A stretch of 63,229 nucleotides of DNA, the filler included, from Octopus bimaculoides (taxonomy: Eukaryota): NCBI RefSeq assembly GCF_001194135.2. It is 6 parts of 6 records of this genome, joined end to end, with 100 filler letters (N's around TTAATTAATTAA, not from the genome) between each part and the next. Parts side by side here need not be neighbours in the genome. Positions count along the whole stretch, not along the records: positions 38,561 to 59,442 come from NC_068991.1; 5 more parts are not named here. The stretch is one strand, 5' to 3'. Below are positions 39,029 through 52,174 of this stretch, in pieces. Made by a program: the position numbers and the translations under genes. A model generated the notes under the pieces. It was given only the letters and a program-made list of their open reading frames with translations, did no database searches and had not been told where the DNA came from. Within the stretch, counting starts at the first letter, position 1; the number at the start of each line of letters is the position of its first letter.

Positions 39029-39298
39029 GTTGTTGTTTGTTCATTGTCGAGCCAAGCCTGGCTCATAAAGACCGGTTTCCTGGTTTCATTGGAGTATAGG
39101 TTCCCCAGGTAAGCTGCTAGGTGCCGGAAGAAAGAGTGAGAGAAAGAGTCAGCAGAAATTCGCCATTACCTTCTGCCGGAGCCGATTGGAGCTTAGGTGT
39201 TTCGCTCATAAACACACACATCGCCTGATCTGAGATTCGAACCTGCGATCCCTCGACCGCGAGTCCGCTGCTCTAACCACTAGGCCATGTGCCTCCAC
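39029..39298 (-). mobile_element. Hybrid SINE: type E head plus type D-like tail
   Basis: Head GTGGAGGCACATGGCCTAGTGG..GGACTCGCGGTC..GAGCGAAACACCTAAGCTCC as at 36857; tail ATGAAACCAGGAAACCGG..ATGAGCC..GGCTCGA as at 14140 and 32393. Confidence 0.8.
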
Positions 39299-39992
39299 GT
39301 GTTATGTTTATATATATATATANNNNNNNNNNNNNNNNNNNNNNNNNNNNNNNNNNNNNNNNNNNNNNNNNNNNNNNNNNNNNNNNNNNNNNNNNNNNNN
39401 NNNNNNNNNNNNNNNNNNNNNNNNNNNNNNNNNNNNNNNNNNNNNNNNNNNNNNNNNNNNNNNNNNNNNNNNNNNNNNNNNNNNNNNNNNNNNNNNNNNN
39501 NNNNNNNNNNNNNNNNNNNNNNNNNNNNNNNNNNNNNNNNNNNNNNNNNNNNNNNNNNNNNNNNNNNNNNNNNNNNNNNNNNNNNNNNNNNNNNNNNNNN
39601 NNNNNNNNNNNNNNNNNNNNNNNNNNNNNNNNNNNNNNNNNNNNNNNNNNNNNNNNNNNNNNNNNNNNNNNNNNNNNNNNNNNNNNNNNNNNNNNNNNNN
39701 NNNNNNNNNNNNNNNNNNNNNNNNNNNNNNNNNNNNNNNNNNNNNNNNNNNNNNNNNNNNNNNNNNNNNNNNNNNNNNNNNNNNNNNNNNNNNNNNNNNN
39801 NNNNNNNNNNNNNNNNNNNNNNNNNNNNNNNNNNNNNNNNNNNNNNNNNNNNNNNNNNNNNNNNNNNNNNNNNNNNNNNNNNNNNNNNNNNNNNNNNNNN
39901 NNNNNNNNNNNNNNNNNNNNNNNNNNNNNNNNNNNNNNNNNNNNNNNNNNNNNNNNNNNNNNNNNNNNNNNNNNNNNNNNNNNNNNNNNNNN

Positions 39993-40049
<57 letters not shown>

Positions 40050-40054
40050 GAGAA

Positions 40055-40087
<33 letters not shown>

Positions 40088-41826
40088 GAGCGAGAGAGAT
40101 AGACAGACAGACAGACAGAGATAGAGAGAGAAAGAAAGAGACACAGACATGTATATTTGATTTAAAATCCGTTATATGCAATAGAAGTAATGTTAGTTTA
40201 AAATAGCCATCTATGTTTCATACTTAATGTATGAAGCATAGATTGCTTTTCAAAGATGCACAAAATTAAAATCCATCTCGACAACTTACTGGATAAAAGA
40301 TGAGGAAAAATATAACATTGTAACATTAAAATTGTTTAGAATGGTTCCTTAAAACCTACCATTTATTTCGAAATACAAGCATTGTGACATCACAAATTAA
40401 AATCTCTAAATTTGTTGACTTTCGCTTACAAAGTTTGAATCTTTCATTTGTGATGTCACAGCCAGATTTCACATGTGGGACTGTTTTAGTGCTATGCTTC
40501 TTCTAAAAGTTTTAGGCGCCCATGTAGAGGCGAGAATCCACAAACACTCTTTCATCTCCCGGTATGGGACAGCGGTTTGTATAGAGTACTGAACTAGTAT
40601 CACTAAATGATACTCATTTACAGTTTAGTAGAATGGAGGGAAAAAAATTAAGTGCCTTGTTCAGGGACATATGAACCGGTCATCATAACTTCTGCGCCAC
40701 ACGCCAACTCTGAGTAATTTTGCGTTTTCCTTTCATTAATTTTACATCGTAATATTTTTCGGAGATTTTTAAAATCTTAGTCTATATCTAGTAAAAACCA
40801 AAACATTTTAAGCATCAACTTCAGTTCTAGCTAAAATATTAAATGTTAATGCTTATCTTCCTTTTTATCTCGGCTCTTTAAACATCTAAAGCAACTAAAA
40901 ATACATCAACAAATTTTAGTTTTCATTTAGTTTTGCTTACTTTCTAGAAAAATTACATTTAACATTTTAGTAATATTCTATGTATATAATAGTTTGTTGT
41001 TTTTTTTTTCTCTTCTGAATCTTCGTTCATATCTGACCTTGTCTTTTTCTATCTTTCCGTTCATAAAAATCAATATTGAACAACAACAAACGAAATAATT
41101 ATTCTGTAACAAAATAGAATTAGAGTCATACAAGCCAACTATGGAGCATCTATACAGTCGCTTGATCTGCTAGAAAGAGTATCTACTTATCTCACAAATT
41201 ATATTCTTCCACCTTAAGAGTATTATAGTCTTCGGGAAAACCAGTGCAATAGTATTTATCTATTGACAGCAAGGTACAGCACACATAAATCAGAATTGGG
41301 CTCCTTGGCTTTTGATAGATAGATAGATAGATAGGCAGGCAAACAGACAGATAGATAGTTGGATAAATGATAAATAGATGCGCATAAACATATATGGATA
41401 TATGGATATATTATATATGCCTGTATTTAATTCACATTATATCAGAGATAGTAATGCCATACACAGCTTCACGTAACTGTCAGAAATAGGAATATACTGT
41501 ATATCTATTTCGGAATGTTGTTAGAACGGGACTGGCGTCCTATCCAAGGGGTAGATAAATTTATCTCATCGTCTCCTACTCTATCCCTGCCCACTATCTA
41601 TCACATTGGGGTGGTGGTGGTGGTGGTGATGTGACGGGATTTTATATCGTACAAAAGAAAACTAATATGCGTGTGTGTGCGTGTATGAGCGTGCGTTCGC
41701 GTAACAGTGTGTTTACTCATAAACTCATGCACTTAGATGCACACAAATACATATGCTGTACCTTACGTCTCCATGCGTCGGTGAAGTGCCTTATCTATCC
41801 ACTAGAGTAGACTTGCGTGATACACC

Positions 41827-41860
<34 letters not shown>

Positions 41861-41931
41861 AATACATACATACATACATACATGGCTGATAGTTAGCAAG
41901 GTGAGACACACATAAGAAAGAAGAAAACAAA

Positions 41932-41977
41932 GGACCACTGATGAGGTCACAGAAGTGTGACGAAAGAACTCTGGCCG
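41932..41977 (+). ncRNA. Minimal type-I hammerhead ribozyme-like motif
   Basis: CCA-CTGATGA-G-GTCACA[GAAG]TGTGAC-GAAA-G[AA]CTC|TGG. Canonical CUGAUGA and GAAA core, 6-bp stem II, stem I CCA/TGG. Confidence 0.65.
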
Positions 41978-44900
41978 AAATAAGATTAAGATTAAGATTA
42001 ATGTAATATAAAGCTGAAAAAAAATAATTAACACCAAATATACAGTGCGTGTGTTTTTATTGGCTAAACTGGCAATATGACCATCCCCAAGTACAACNNN
42101 NNNNNNNNNNNNNNNNNNNNNNNNNNNNNNNNNNNNNNNNNNNNNNNNNNNNNNNNNNNNNNNNNNNNNNNNNNNNNNNNNNNNNNNNNNNNNNNNNNNN
42201 NNNNNNNNNNNNNNNNNNNNNNNNNNNNNNNNNNNNNNNNNNNNNNNNNNNNNNNNNNNNNNNNNNNNNNNNNNNNNNNNNNNNNNNNNNNNNNNNNNNN
42301 NNNNNNNNNNNNNNNNNNNNNNNNNNNNNNNNNNNNNNNNNNNNNNNNNNNNNNNNNNNNNNNNNNNNNNNNNNNNNNNNNNNNNNNNNNNNNNNNNNNN
42401 NNNNNNNNNNNNNNNNNNNNNNNNNNNNNNNNNNNNNNNNNNNNNNNNNNNNNNNNNNNNNNNNNNNNNNNNNNNNNNNNNNNNNNNNNNNNNNNNNNNN
42501 NNNNNNNNNNNNNNNNNNNNNNNNNNNNNNNNNNNNNNNNNNNNNNNNNNNNNNNNNNNNNNNNNNNNNNNNNNNNNNNNNGTGCTTTATTATTGGAATA
42601 TACTGTGACAAAATTGTACAAGTAATTTTGACGTCAGACAATCGGAAGGGTGTTTTTCGTGTCGGTGCAACAACGGTCACTAACGATCATTAAAGACCGC
42701 TATCTCCTGCTTTTTCTTTTTCTTTTTTTCTTTTTTCTTGTGGGTTTTTCTGTTTTTTTTTTTTTGTTTTTTTTGCTCGTTTGCTTTTTTTTTTTGCTCA
42801 AAAACCCTTATTGGCTAAATTAGCATAACTTAATTGTCGTTGAAAGAACCAAATAAGAAGGAAAAAAAAAAAGAAATAAGTTAGATTTTCTTTGTATGTT
42901 TTAGAATCTGTTTGCAACAGTTAGAGGACAATTTAATTGTTTCGATAAAAGGAAACAGGACGAGGGATATTGGGTAAGAGAGAGGAAGCTAAATAGTCGT
43001 TTGTTGTTGTTGTTTTATTTGAGATGGTTATGTTTAGGGTACTTTAAGTACACCTAATTAATAACCGTTCGAAAAGTTTCAGTACAAAATTTTTTATTCA
43101 ATGAATCTGATGTTAGTGTATGAAAAATAAAAATTGTCGGGATGGCAACTGAATTCAACGAACATTTATCTGCCTTTTGTATTATTCGGATATTTATCCA
43201 TGTCACGAACGTTGTTCGAGATATTAAGATGGAACTAGATTCCTTATATATGAATATACATATGTGTCTGTGTATGTATGTAGGATATGTATGTATGTAT
43301 GTGTGTGTGTGTATCTATGTATGTATGTATGTATGTATGTATGTATGTATGTATTTTTATATATATATATNNNNNNNNNNNNNNNNNNNNNNNNNNNNNN
43401 NNNNNNNNNNNNNNNNNNNNNNNNNNNNNNNNNNNNNNNNNNNNNNNNNNNNNNNNNNNNNNNNNNNNNNNNNNNNNNNNNNNNNNNNNNNNNNNNNNNN
43501 NNNNNNNNNNNNNNNNNNNNNNNNNNNNNNNNNNNNNNNNNNNNNNNNNNNNNNNNNNNNNNNNNNNNNNNNNNNNNNNNNNNNNNNNNNNNNNNNNNNN
43601 NNNNNNNNNNNNNNNNNNNNNNNNNNNNNNNNNNNNNNNNNNNNNNNNNNNNNNNNNNNNNNNNNNNNNNNNNNNNNNNNNNNNNNNNNNNNNNNNNNNN
43701 NNNNNNNNNNNNNNNNNNNNNNNNNNNNNNNNNNNNNNNNNNNNNNNNNNNNNNNNNNNNNNNNNNNNNNNNNNNNNNNNNNNNNNNNNNNNNNNNNNNN
43801 NNNNNNNNNNNNNNNNNNNNNNNNNNNNNNNNNNNNNNNNNNNNNNNNNNNNNNNNNNNNNNNNNNNNNNNNNNNNNNNNNNNNNNNNNNNNNNNNNNNN
43901 NNNNNNNNNNNNNNNNNNNNNNNNNNNNNNNNNNNNNNNNNNNNNNNNNNNNNNNNNNNNNNNNNNNNNNNNNNNNNNNNNNNNNNNNNNNNNNNNNNNN
44001 NNNNNNNNNNNNNNNNNNNNNNNNNNNNNNNNNNNNNNNNNNNNNNNNNNNNNNNNNNNNNNNNNNNNNNNNNNNNNNNNNNNNNNNNNNNNNNNNNNNN
44101 NNNNNNNNNNNNNNNNNNNNNNNNNNNNNNNNNNNNNNNNNNNNNNNNNNNNNNNNNNNNNNNNNNNNNNNNNNNNNNNNNNNNNNNNNNNNNNNNNNNN
44201 NNNNNNNNNNNNNNNNNNNNNNNNNNNNNNNNNNNNNNNNNNNNNNNNNNNNNNNNNNNNNNNNNNNNNNNNNNNNNNNNNNNNNNNNNNNNNNNNNNNN
44301 NNNNNNNNNNNNNTGTTGCGCCTTTTCGAAAATATTAGCAACGCAAGTAATGGCTTACGACATTACGTACACTAACACCGACTTAAATCCCAAATGTTAC
44401 AGCCCAAGCGTCAGTCAGCCCGTAGTTGTTGATGTTGTTGTTAGCGGGTTTGAGGGATGTAGTGAGAGATGATGGTGATGTTGGTGGTGACGGATGCTAT
44501 TTAAACTACCCTCCCATCGCTCAAGGCAGCGCTGACAGAGCGGACATGTGACCAATGGCGTTCAAGCCATGATCTGTGCGTTCATTTCTCGGATTTTACA
44601 AATCTGCAGTTGTACTGCTTTTTTTCAAGACAGTAACGGGTGTAATTTGAGAGAGATTTAGCTGTGATTTCTAGCACATTAAGTGAACCTGTAGATATTT
44701 GTTCCTCGCTGGCTTCTCTGTTAGTAGGTACCACTGAATGGGAATCGCCGCTGTTGTACACAATTGCAGCGATAGTTCATTTTATGAGCGCTTCGTTTTC
44801 TTTCGTTATTATGAAAGTTGTAGACGAGTTAACCCTCCCCAACTAAAAATTTTCTAGACATTATTTAACTGCGAGGCGTTCACTAAAGCTTTCTCTAAGA

Positions 44901-46663
44901 CTCGTTAGCTTATGGAACCCTATCTTTTCGACTTTGTTTGAAATACAAACGGGCCATTCTCGCGTGACTTATGTGACAGTCAGAGACACAAATGAAATAG
45001 CTAAGCTGTAATTTTTTAACATTTACAGCTATTGTACTGATTCACTTTTCACGGTAATGCTTGTCTACCCCATAAAGTATTAAGCAAAAAAGTATTTTAC
45101 CTGAATGTACGTTGAAATTTTTGAAGACGATCCAAAAAGCGATGTGCGTAACTTAGCACAAATTAACCTTTTTTCACCTGAAAATATTAACTGCAAATTC
45201 CTCTGAATTTCTCCAGAGCAGCATAAAACGTTTCATGGTGTTTATTTACACTGACATTTAAATTCCAGAAAATGCTAAAAGAGCTTGCTGGACAACAATG
45301 TCTCTGTTCACAATTCTCATTTACCTGGTGTGACGTGCGTGACAAATATGATGTGACATAAGTGTGGAAAAATTTCATGCTGAAAACTACGCTGTGCAGA
45401 TCTAGAAGGATTTGCAATATCAATATATGGTCGAAAATTAACAACCAATTCAATATACCTTAATAAGGTATATAGTGATTTTTCTGGAAATTCAGCAAAA
45501 TTCTTGAAAAATTGTTTAGGTTTAACTTCCATGAGACTGACCCAAATGTAGGAGGCAAAGCTAGTTCTCTTTACTAGTGACAGCAGAGTGTCATGTCTAG
45601 ACGTTTTCCGCACAATTTGCAAAGTAGAAAGAATTGTCATAAGCAGAAAATAACCGCTTTCAACGTTTTCTGGAATTCTTCAAAAATATTTCAATTTTTT
45701 ATCTTTCTTTAAACCTTATAAAAGTTGTTAAATGAAAGAGGTTCGATATTTTAACTGACCCCTCCTTTTTTCACTCTCTCTTTCTCTGTCTCTCTTCCTC
45801 GCTCTCTCTCTCTCTTTCTTTCTCTCTCTCCCTTTCTGTCCCTGTCTTTGTCTTTTTCTTTCCCATTTTCTCTCTCTATCTGTCTCAGGCTCTCTTTTCA
45901 CTTCCTACTCTTTCCGTGTTTGTTCTATCTTTCTCTTTCTTTTTCTCCCTCCTTCTCTGCTTCGATCTCCCTCTCTTCTTCGATCTGCCTCTCTCTCTCT
46001 CCCTCTCCCTCTCTCTTTCTCTCTCTTTCACTCTCTCTCAGTCTCTTTTTATCACTCTTTCTTTCTTCCCCTCCCTCCCTCTCTCTCTCACTCTCTTTCT
46101 TTCTCTCTTTCTTTACCAAGATTCCATGACTTCATGATTCAGGCAATGAAGAAATAATTCTCCACAGAGACTCGAAAATCCCGTTTAATTATTTTATTTA
46201 TTCATATCTTTTTATTTATATTAATATCTAGAAACATTTTTTTCTTAAGTTAAGCAACAGATTCCATTTTCTTTCTTTTTGCAGTGATGATGGGATAAAA
46301 GGAATAATTAAATACAACAATATTCGAGGCATACAAACAAATACATTCTATACTGTGTCCTAGCGATCTTGCCAATTCCACAACATAATTTTGTCTAAAA
46401 CGTCAGCATTGTGGTGTGGAATTAACAACATATGTTTGTGTATGTGGATGTGTCCATACATACATGCACACACACACACGCACACGCAAACGCACACGCA
46501 TACAGGCATGTCCAAACACACACACACACACACACATATATATACATGCATACACATAAACATAGACACAATCACACACACGTATACATACACATATATA
46601 CATATACATACATATATGTTTATGTGTGCGTATGCATATATGTATGTATACATACATACATAC

Positions 46664-46706
<43 letters not shown>

Positions 46707-47744
46707 CACACACAAACATACATGCATGTATATATATAGCCTGTTTCCAATTTCAATTCATTGGGACTCAACGATATCAACTCTTTGTAACAACATTTTG
46801 TTTTTGTTTCTTGTTGTTTTTTTTTTAGCTATCGCACTTGTCTTTGGTTTTGTCACACATTATTCAACAAAGTTTGCCTCACCTGGATACGTGTGTAATC
46901 TCGATTGATTAAAATTATCGTGCGAACTGTATTAAATCATTAAATAAGTTAGAAAATTCTCTTCAAAAAAAGAAATACATTAATTCGTACATAAATTCAA
47001 TGCGGTTGTCTTGTAATTCTTGCTAGATTTTGCATCTAGTCTTACATAATTAATGATCATATCAAACTTTTTATCTTCAACTTCTTTTGATAATTAATGC
47101 AGGAGTCTTTCTCACAGAAGGTAAGCGTCTACTTCTTCAGCAAAAGCCCTTCTTCGCTCTTGCTCGCTCACTCTATTTCTTTCCATCACTCTCTCTCTCT
47201 CTCTCTCTTTCTCTCTTTGTCTCTCTCTTTCAGTCACTCTTTCTTCTTTCACTCTATCTCTCTCTCACTTTTTCTCTTTCTCATTCTATCTCTTTGCCTC
47301 TCTTTCCCTATCTATCTATTTATCTATCTATCTCTTTCTCTCTATCCCTGTCACACTCTCTCTCTCTCTCTCTCTCTCTGCAGATATGTGTATCATTTAA
47401 ACCTGTCTCTTTTTCTCATAGTCTCTCTCTTTTAACGTCATCTATATTTTATCATTTCTTACCATCCCTTTCAATTCCTTCTTCATCACTCTCTCTCTCT
47501 CTGTGTCTATCTATCTATCTATCTCTTCGTCTCATCCTTATATTTTCTGCTCTCTCTCCTTACATTCTTGCTTTCTTACATAGCTATTATTTTTCGTCCT
47601 CTGTCACCTTATTCCTCTCTTTCTCTCTCGAAGTCTCTATTGATCTATCAATCAATAGATCTATCTATTCAAGTATCTACGTTTCTCCTTATGATTTACT
47701 AGTTACAAGAAAAGTTGCAGGTCCTTATTTTTTTATGCTTTCTA

Positions 47745-48110
47745 CGGGGACAACTGAATAAGGTTTAACTGTTGTTAGTTTATGGTTGAAAGGTCAACAT
47801 CGGCTGAGAAGGTAGATTTAGGTGAAATATTTAAGTCTGAATATAAGGAATAAAACCGTTTTCAGGATGAAATTGGGAATGAATGTCTTGGGAGAGTATG
47901 GTCAGAGAAACATTTTGCTGTGATAGCATAATACACAGTAAAAGTCATTTTAATAATGGAACAGATATTTGAGAAACATTCAGTGGATGTAATTATTTGA
48001 ATAGCTTTTTCTTGGACGCGATCTAAAACGTTTGCATACAGTAGGTTCACTGGCCCAAAACTATAGGCAGTTTTCCATTGAAGACCCATTTGTGCTTCTT
48101 TGAAGATGTT
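47745..48110 (-). pseudogene. Possible CR1/Jockey-like LINE 3' remnant
   Basis: KEAQMGLQW..NVLDRVQEKAIQII resembles YKAQVRPxMEY..LDRVQxKAxRLI; heavily decayed. Confidence 0.4.
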
Positions 48111-48714
48111 TAACTGTTATAAAAGAAGAGCATCCATCAGTGTTTGATGAAGATTGTTAGATTGTAGTCCGAATTCTTTGTGAGTCTATACGTGTGCGCA
48201 TGCGTATTTGTGTGATTGTGCGCGTGTGTGTGCGTGTATGTATCAACTTGTTTATGCGTGCGCGTAGCGTGTGTGTGTTGTTTTTAGACGTATAGTGGCT
48301 ACGTACTCCGACGTTAATAGACAGATTACTTGGAGACACGATGGTTTCGAATGAGGGTTTTAATATTTCCTTTTTATCCATATTCAACCTTATTTGCTTT
48401 CACACTCTCGTCTAATAAATACTACGTGTGCGTAGTAATAAGTTGTATGTGTAAAATCGTCGAAATCTTATTAGCTGTAATAGGTCTTCGTTATTATAAC
48501 TTTGTTCTTGCAGTATCATGGCATGATTTACTTTTACATCTAATAATGCTCACTAAGAAATAAAGATTAAACCGTGTCGAAATATGTTGTATGCTTGTAT
48601 TTGTGTAATACTTCTGTCAAGCCAGTAGGTTCTTATCAACGTGTCTGGTTCTAGCCATGGAAGAATGTGTCACCCTTGGCGACTGCGACTTTGAGAGAGA
48701 TGTACGCAAATGAG

Positions 48715-48930
48715 TAACGTAGACGACATTCTGTTTCGGTATCTTATGTATTTTAAGTGTGAAGCTGCAATCAAAGTATGCAACAAATATGACAGCTAAC
48801 AGACAACTTGAATAGATTCAGCACAATTGCGTTGGGAGATCTCTTGACAAAGGAACTAGTAAGGTCACTCGCAAATGGGTCAAGCTAAAGATTTACAGGA
48901 TTTGTATGGTTCAAAAGTATGTTGCTCTCC
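48715..48930 (+). pseudogene. Possible decayed RTE-like fragment
   Basis: Scattered motifs VDDILFRYL, VKLKIYRIC and LYGSK in different frames; weak. Confidence 0.3.
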
Positions 48931-50304
48931 TGGAGCAACGTATGAAATATAGTTTCAGCTTAGCTGAGGGGTTAATTGTCAGGCGAACTGGCTGGCCGGC
49001 TAGCTAGCTGGCCGGCTAGCTGGCTGGCCGGCTAGCTGGCTGTCTGGCTTCATAGTCTTCCATACAGATTACTCTTAAGAGAGTAATGAATGGAGATCAG
49101 GTTCAAATCGTCAAACAACTTTAACCATTCTCTTTATCTTAATATTTTCCCTTCTTTCGCTTTCATTTTCTTATCAACGCTCTCTCTTTCTTTCACTCAC
49201 CCTCTCTCTCACTTATATACACTTTCTCTCTATTCTCTTTCACAATGTATTCCAAATTTGTCGTTCACAGTCAACATGTGAAGCACTTCAATATTTTATT
49301 TACACTGAAACACTGTTAACATTTCAGCCTCACACTCTCACTTTCACATATTCTCCTCTCTTTATATATATGTCACACTATCGCTCTACCTCTCCTTTCT
49401 CTCTATTTCTGACTTTCATCTCCAGCATTTCTCATCTCTCACTAACTTCTCCTCATACACCGATATTTATATATATATATATATATGTTTTACAGCCATT
49501 TTCTCGTTTTCTCTCTCTCCATCTTTCTCTCTGCATCTATCTATATATATATATATATATATATCATCTGTATTTCTCTCTTTCTTATTCACTCCCTCTC
49601 TCTCTCTTTGTCCCTCTCCCTATCTCTCACATACTCTCTCTCCATATATATATATATATATANNNNNNNNNNNNNNNNNNNNNNNNNNNNNNNNNNNNNN
49701 NNNNNNNNNNNNNNNNNNNNNNNNNNNNNNNNNNNNNNNNNNNNNNNNNNNNNNNNNNNNNNNNNNNNNNNNNNNNNNNNNNNNNNNNNNNNNNNNNNNN
49801 NNNNNNNNNNNNNNNNNNNNNNNNNNNNNNNNNNNNNNNNNNNNNNNNNNNNNNNNNNNNNNNNNNNNNNNNNNNNNNNNNNNNNNNNNNNNNNNNNNNN
49901 NNNNNNNNNNNNNNNNNNNNNNNNNNNNNNNNNNNNNNNNNNNNNNNNNNNNNNNNNNNNNNNNNNNNNNNNNNNNNNNNNNNNNNNNNNNNNNNNNNNN
50001 NNNNNNNNNNNNNNNNNNNNNNNNNNNNNNNNNNNNNNNNNNNNNNNNNNNNNNNNNNNNNNNNNNNNNNNNNNNNNNNNNNNNNNNNNNNNNNNNNNNN
50101 NNNNNNNNNNNNNNNNNNNNNNNNNNNNNNNNNNNNNNNNNNNNNNNNNNNNNNNNNNNNNNNNNNNNNNNNNNNNNNNNNNNNNNNNNNNNNNNNNNNN
50201 NNNNNNNNNNNNNNNNNNNNNNNNNNNNNNNNNNNNNNNNNNNNNNNNNNNNNNNNNNNNNNNNNNNNNNNNNNNNNNNNNNNNNNNNNNNNNNNNNNNN
50301 NNNN

Positions 50305-50380
50305 NTCTTCTTCTTCTTCTTCTTCTTCTTCTTCTTCTTCTTCTTCTTCTTCTTCTTCTTCTTCTTCTTCTTCTTCTTCC
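50305..50380. repeat. (TCT)n microsatellite
   Basis: Direct reading. Confidence 0.95.
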
Positions 50381-50391
50381 TCTACACAACG

Positions 50392-50628
50392 CTACAACTC
50401 AACACAGCCTCCATCAAAAGGGATGCATTTATGCCATCCTTAAACGCAAATCATCTCTGAAAAGAATTCGGTGTGTGCTGTTATGAACGCTCCTTCACAG
50501 CCGCTATCACCTTTCGTCACCGTGAAAGCATAGTCCCCCGAAGACTCTCCTTTGTCGAACTGAACAGATGGAAGTCAGAGAGCGCCAGATCCAGGTTGTA
50601 CGATGGACGGAGGTCTACAGACCAGTCT
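50392..50628 (-). pseudogene. Mariner transposase C-terminal fragment
   Basis: WSVDLRPSYNLDLALSDFHLFSSTKESLRG (cf. PPYSPDLAPSDFHLF) and HKCIPFDGGCVE. Confidence 0.8.
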
Positions 50629-51894
50629 CATTCACATGTGTGTTCCACATGTGTGTGTGTAATATATATGCACCCCAACGTTAAAAAGCATTCTTGGAAA
50701 TTTTACTGTAACATGAATTTCCCTAACGCAAAATCTATATTTCATTGATTTCTATTCTACATGGAACTCAGTAAACATAAAAGTTTCGTAGTGCGGAATT
50801 CCTCATTACAGAAAGATCTGCAAGAATGAGAAGCTTCCAGAACACAGAGAATGCCTTTGTGCGTGTGTGAGGGGGGTAAATACATTGATGCATTTTTGTG
50901 TGTATAAAATTATGTACAATGGAACCGCGTTAGACTTTACTCAATTGAGCAAGATTTCAGATGAACCGAACGAAAAATAAGTTAAGATAGTGACTATCAG
51001 TGTTAATTTCTGCTGCCATCTTTTGAGTCTCAGTGGTTTAGAAGCATATTTTATATTCTGAGTGCATACCCACCAAAGATGGCTAATTCTTCTTAAATAA
51101 AAACTAAAATTTCAGTCCCCTGATATGGAATATGCTTGCCCCACATTTAGTTTTATCGATGTACAAGAAAGACTGTAGGATAATGGGGCCGTGAAAAAAT
51201 AAGGACCGAAGGCAAACTTTTCGCTGCTCCACATCCAATTATTTATTTGACATTCTTCAGAAAGACACATACTCTTTTCTTTATTGCACTATATACGACC
51301 CACTAACTAGCTTTCCCTTTAATTCACCTAGTATTCGAAATCATTTACACTCTTTTCTCTGCTTCTTTTTATCATCTTCACCCTATTACTAACTCTTTAT
51401 TATTCGCTTTCATACTCTCGTCTAATAAATATTACGTTTTCGTGGTGAGAAATAGTAAGTATAAATTCGTTGAAAATTTATTAACTCAAACTTGTTTCCG
51501 TTATAATTTTATTTTTACAGAACCATGTATAATTTATGTTTTATTTAATAATACATACTAAGGGACAAATATCAAATCAGTTCGAAATAGACTACACTTT
51601 GTATGTTTACTTTTGTGTAATATTTATGCTAAACTAGTAGGTTTAGCATATTTCAGTGCCCTCTGTAGCAATAACCACCAACCCAAAACAACTTGTGCTG
51701 CTTTGCAATTTTCCTTGATATTTCAGAGATTTGACAATTTTTACAGCTCGCAAGGGAAATAAATCTAAAGAAACATGTACATCTCTGCGAGCTGATACTG
51801 GAATTTATAAGGAAGTTAAAGGCTGACACTTCAATGAAGAGAATTTGTGAGAGTATGCTCATAAAAAGCAAACACTTTCGAATATACGCTAGGC

Positions 51895-52174
51895 CAGTGG
51901 TTTTCAAACTGTGGTCCGCGGACCACAGGGGGTCCGCAAGGACAAGACAGGGGGTCCGTGAACAGCAAATACTTTTTATGGGCAATTTGATTTTTTATAT
52001 GGTTTTTAATCGAAATCTTTTAATTGACAATAAACCTTGTTAAATAAACAAATGTAAAAATGTTATTTTAAGCAAATATTTATGTATAAATTTCATAAGC
52101 GTTTATAAGGGGGTCCCTAAGGTAAAGCCTGAAATATAAAGAAGTCCGCAAGTCAAAAAGTTTGAAAACCCCTG
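51895..52174. mobile_element. 280-bp hAT (Buster/Charlie-like) MITE
   Basis: TIRs CAGTGGTTTTCAAACT / AGTTTGAAAACCCCTG. Perfect 8-bp TSD CGCTAGGC (51887-51894, 52175-52182) with central TA. Confidence 0.92.

Noticed and set aside
44830-45760. Possible MULE or piggyBac remnant (EIFPHLCHII; TTAACCC start)
   Set aside because: Motif similarity is too weak and there is no matching second terminus; left unassigned.
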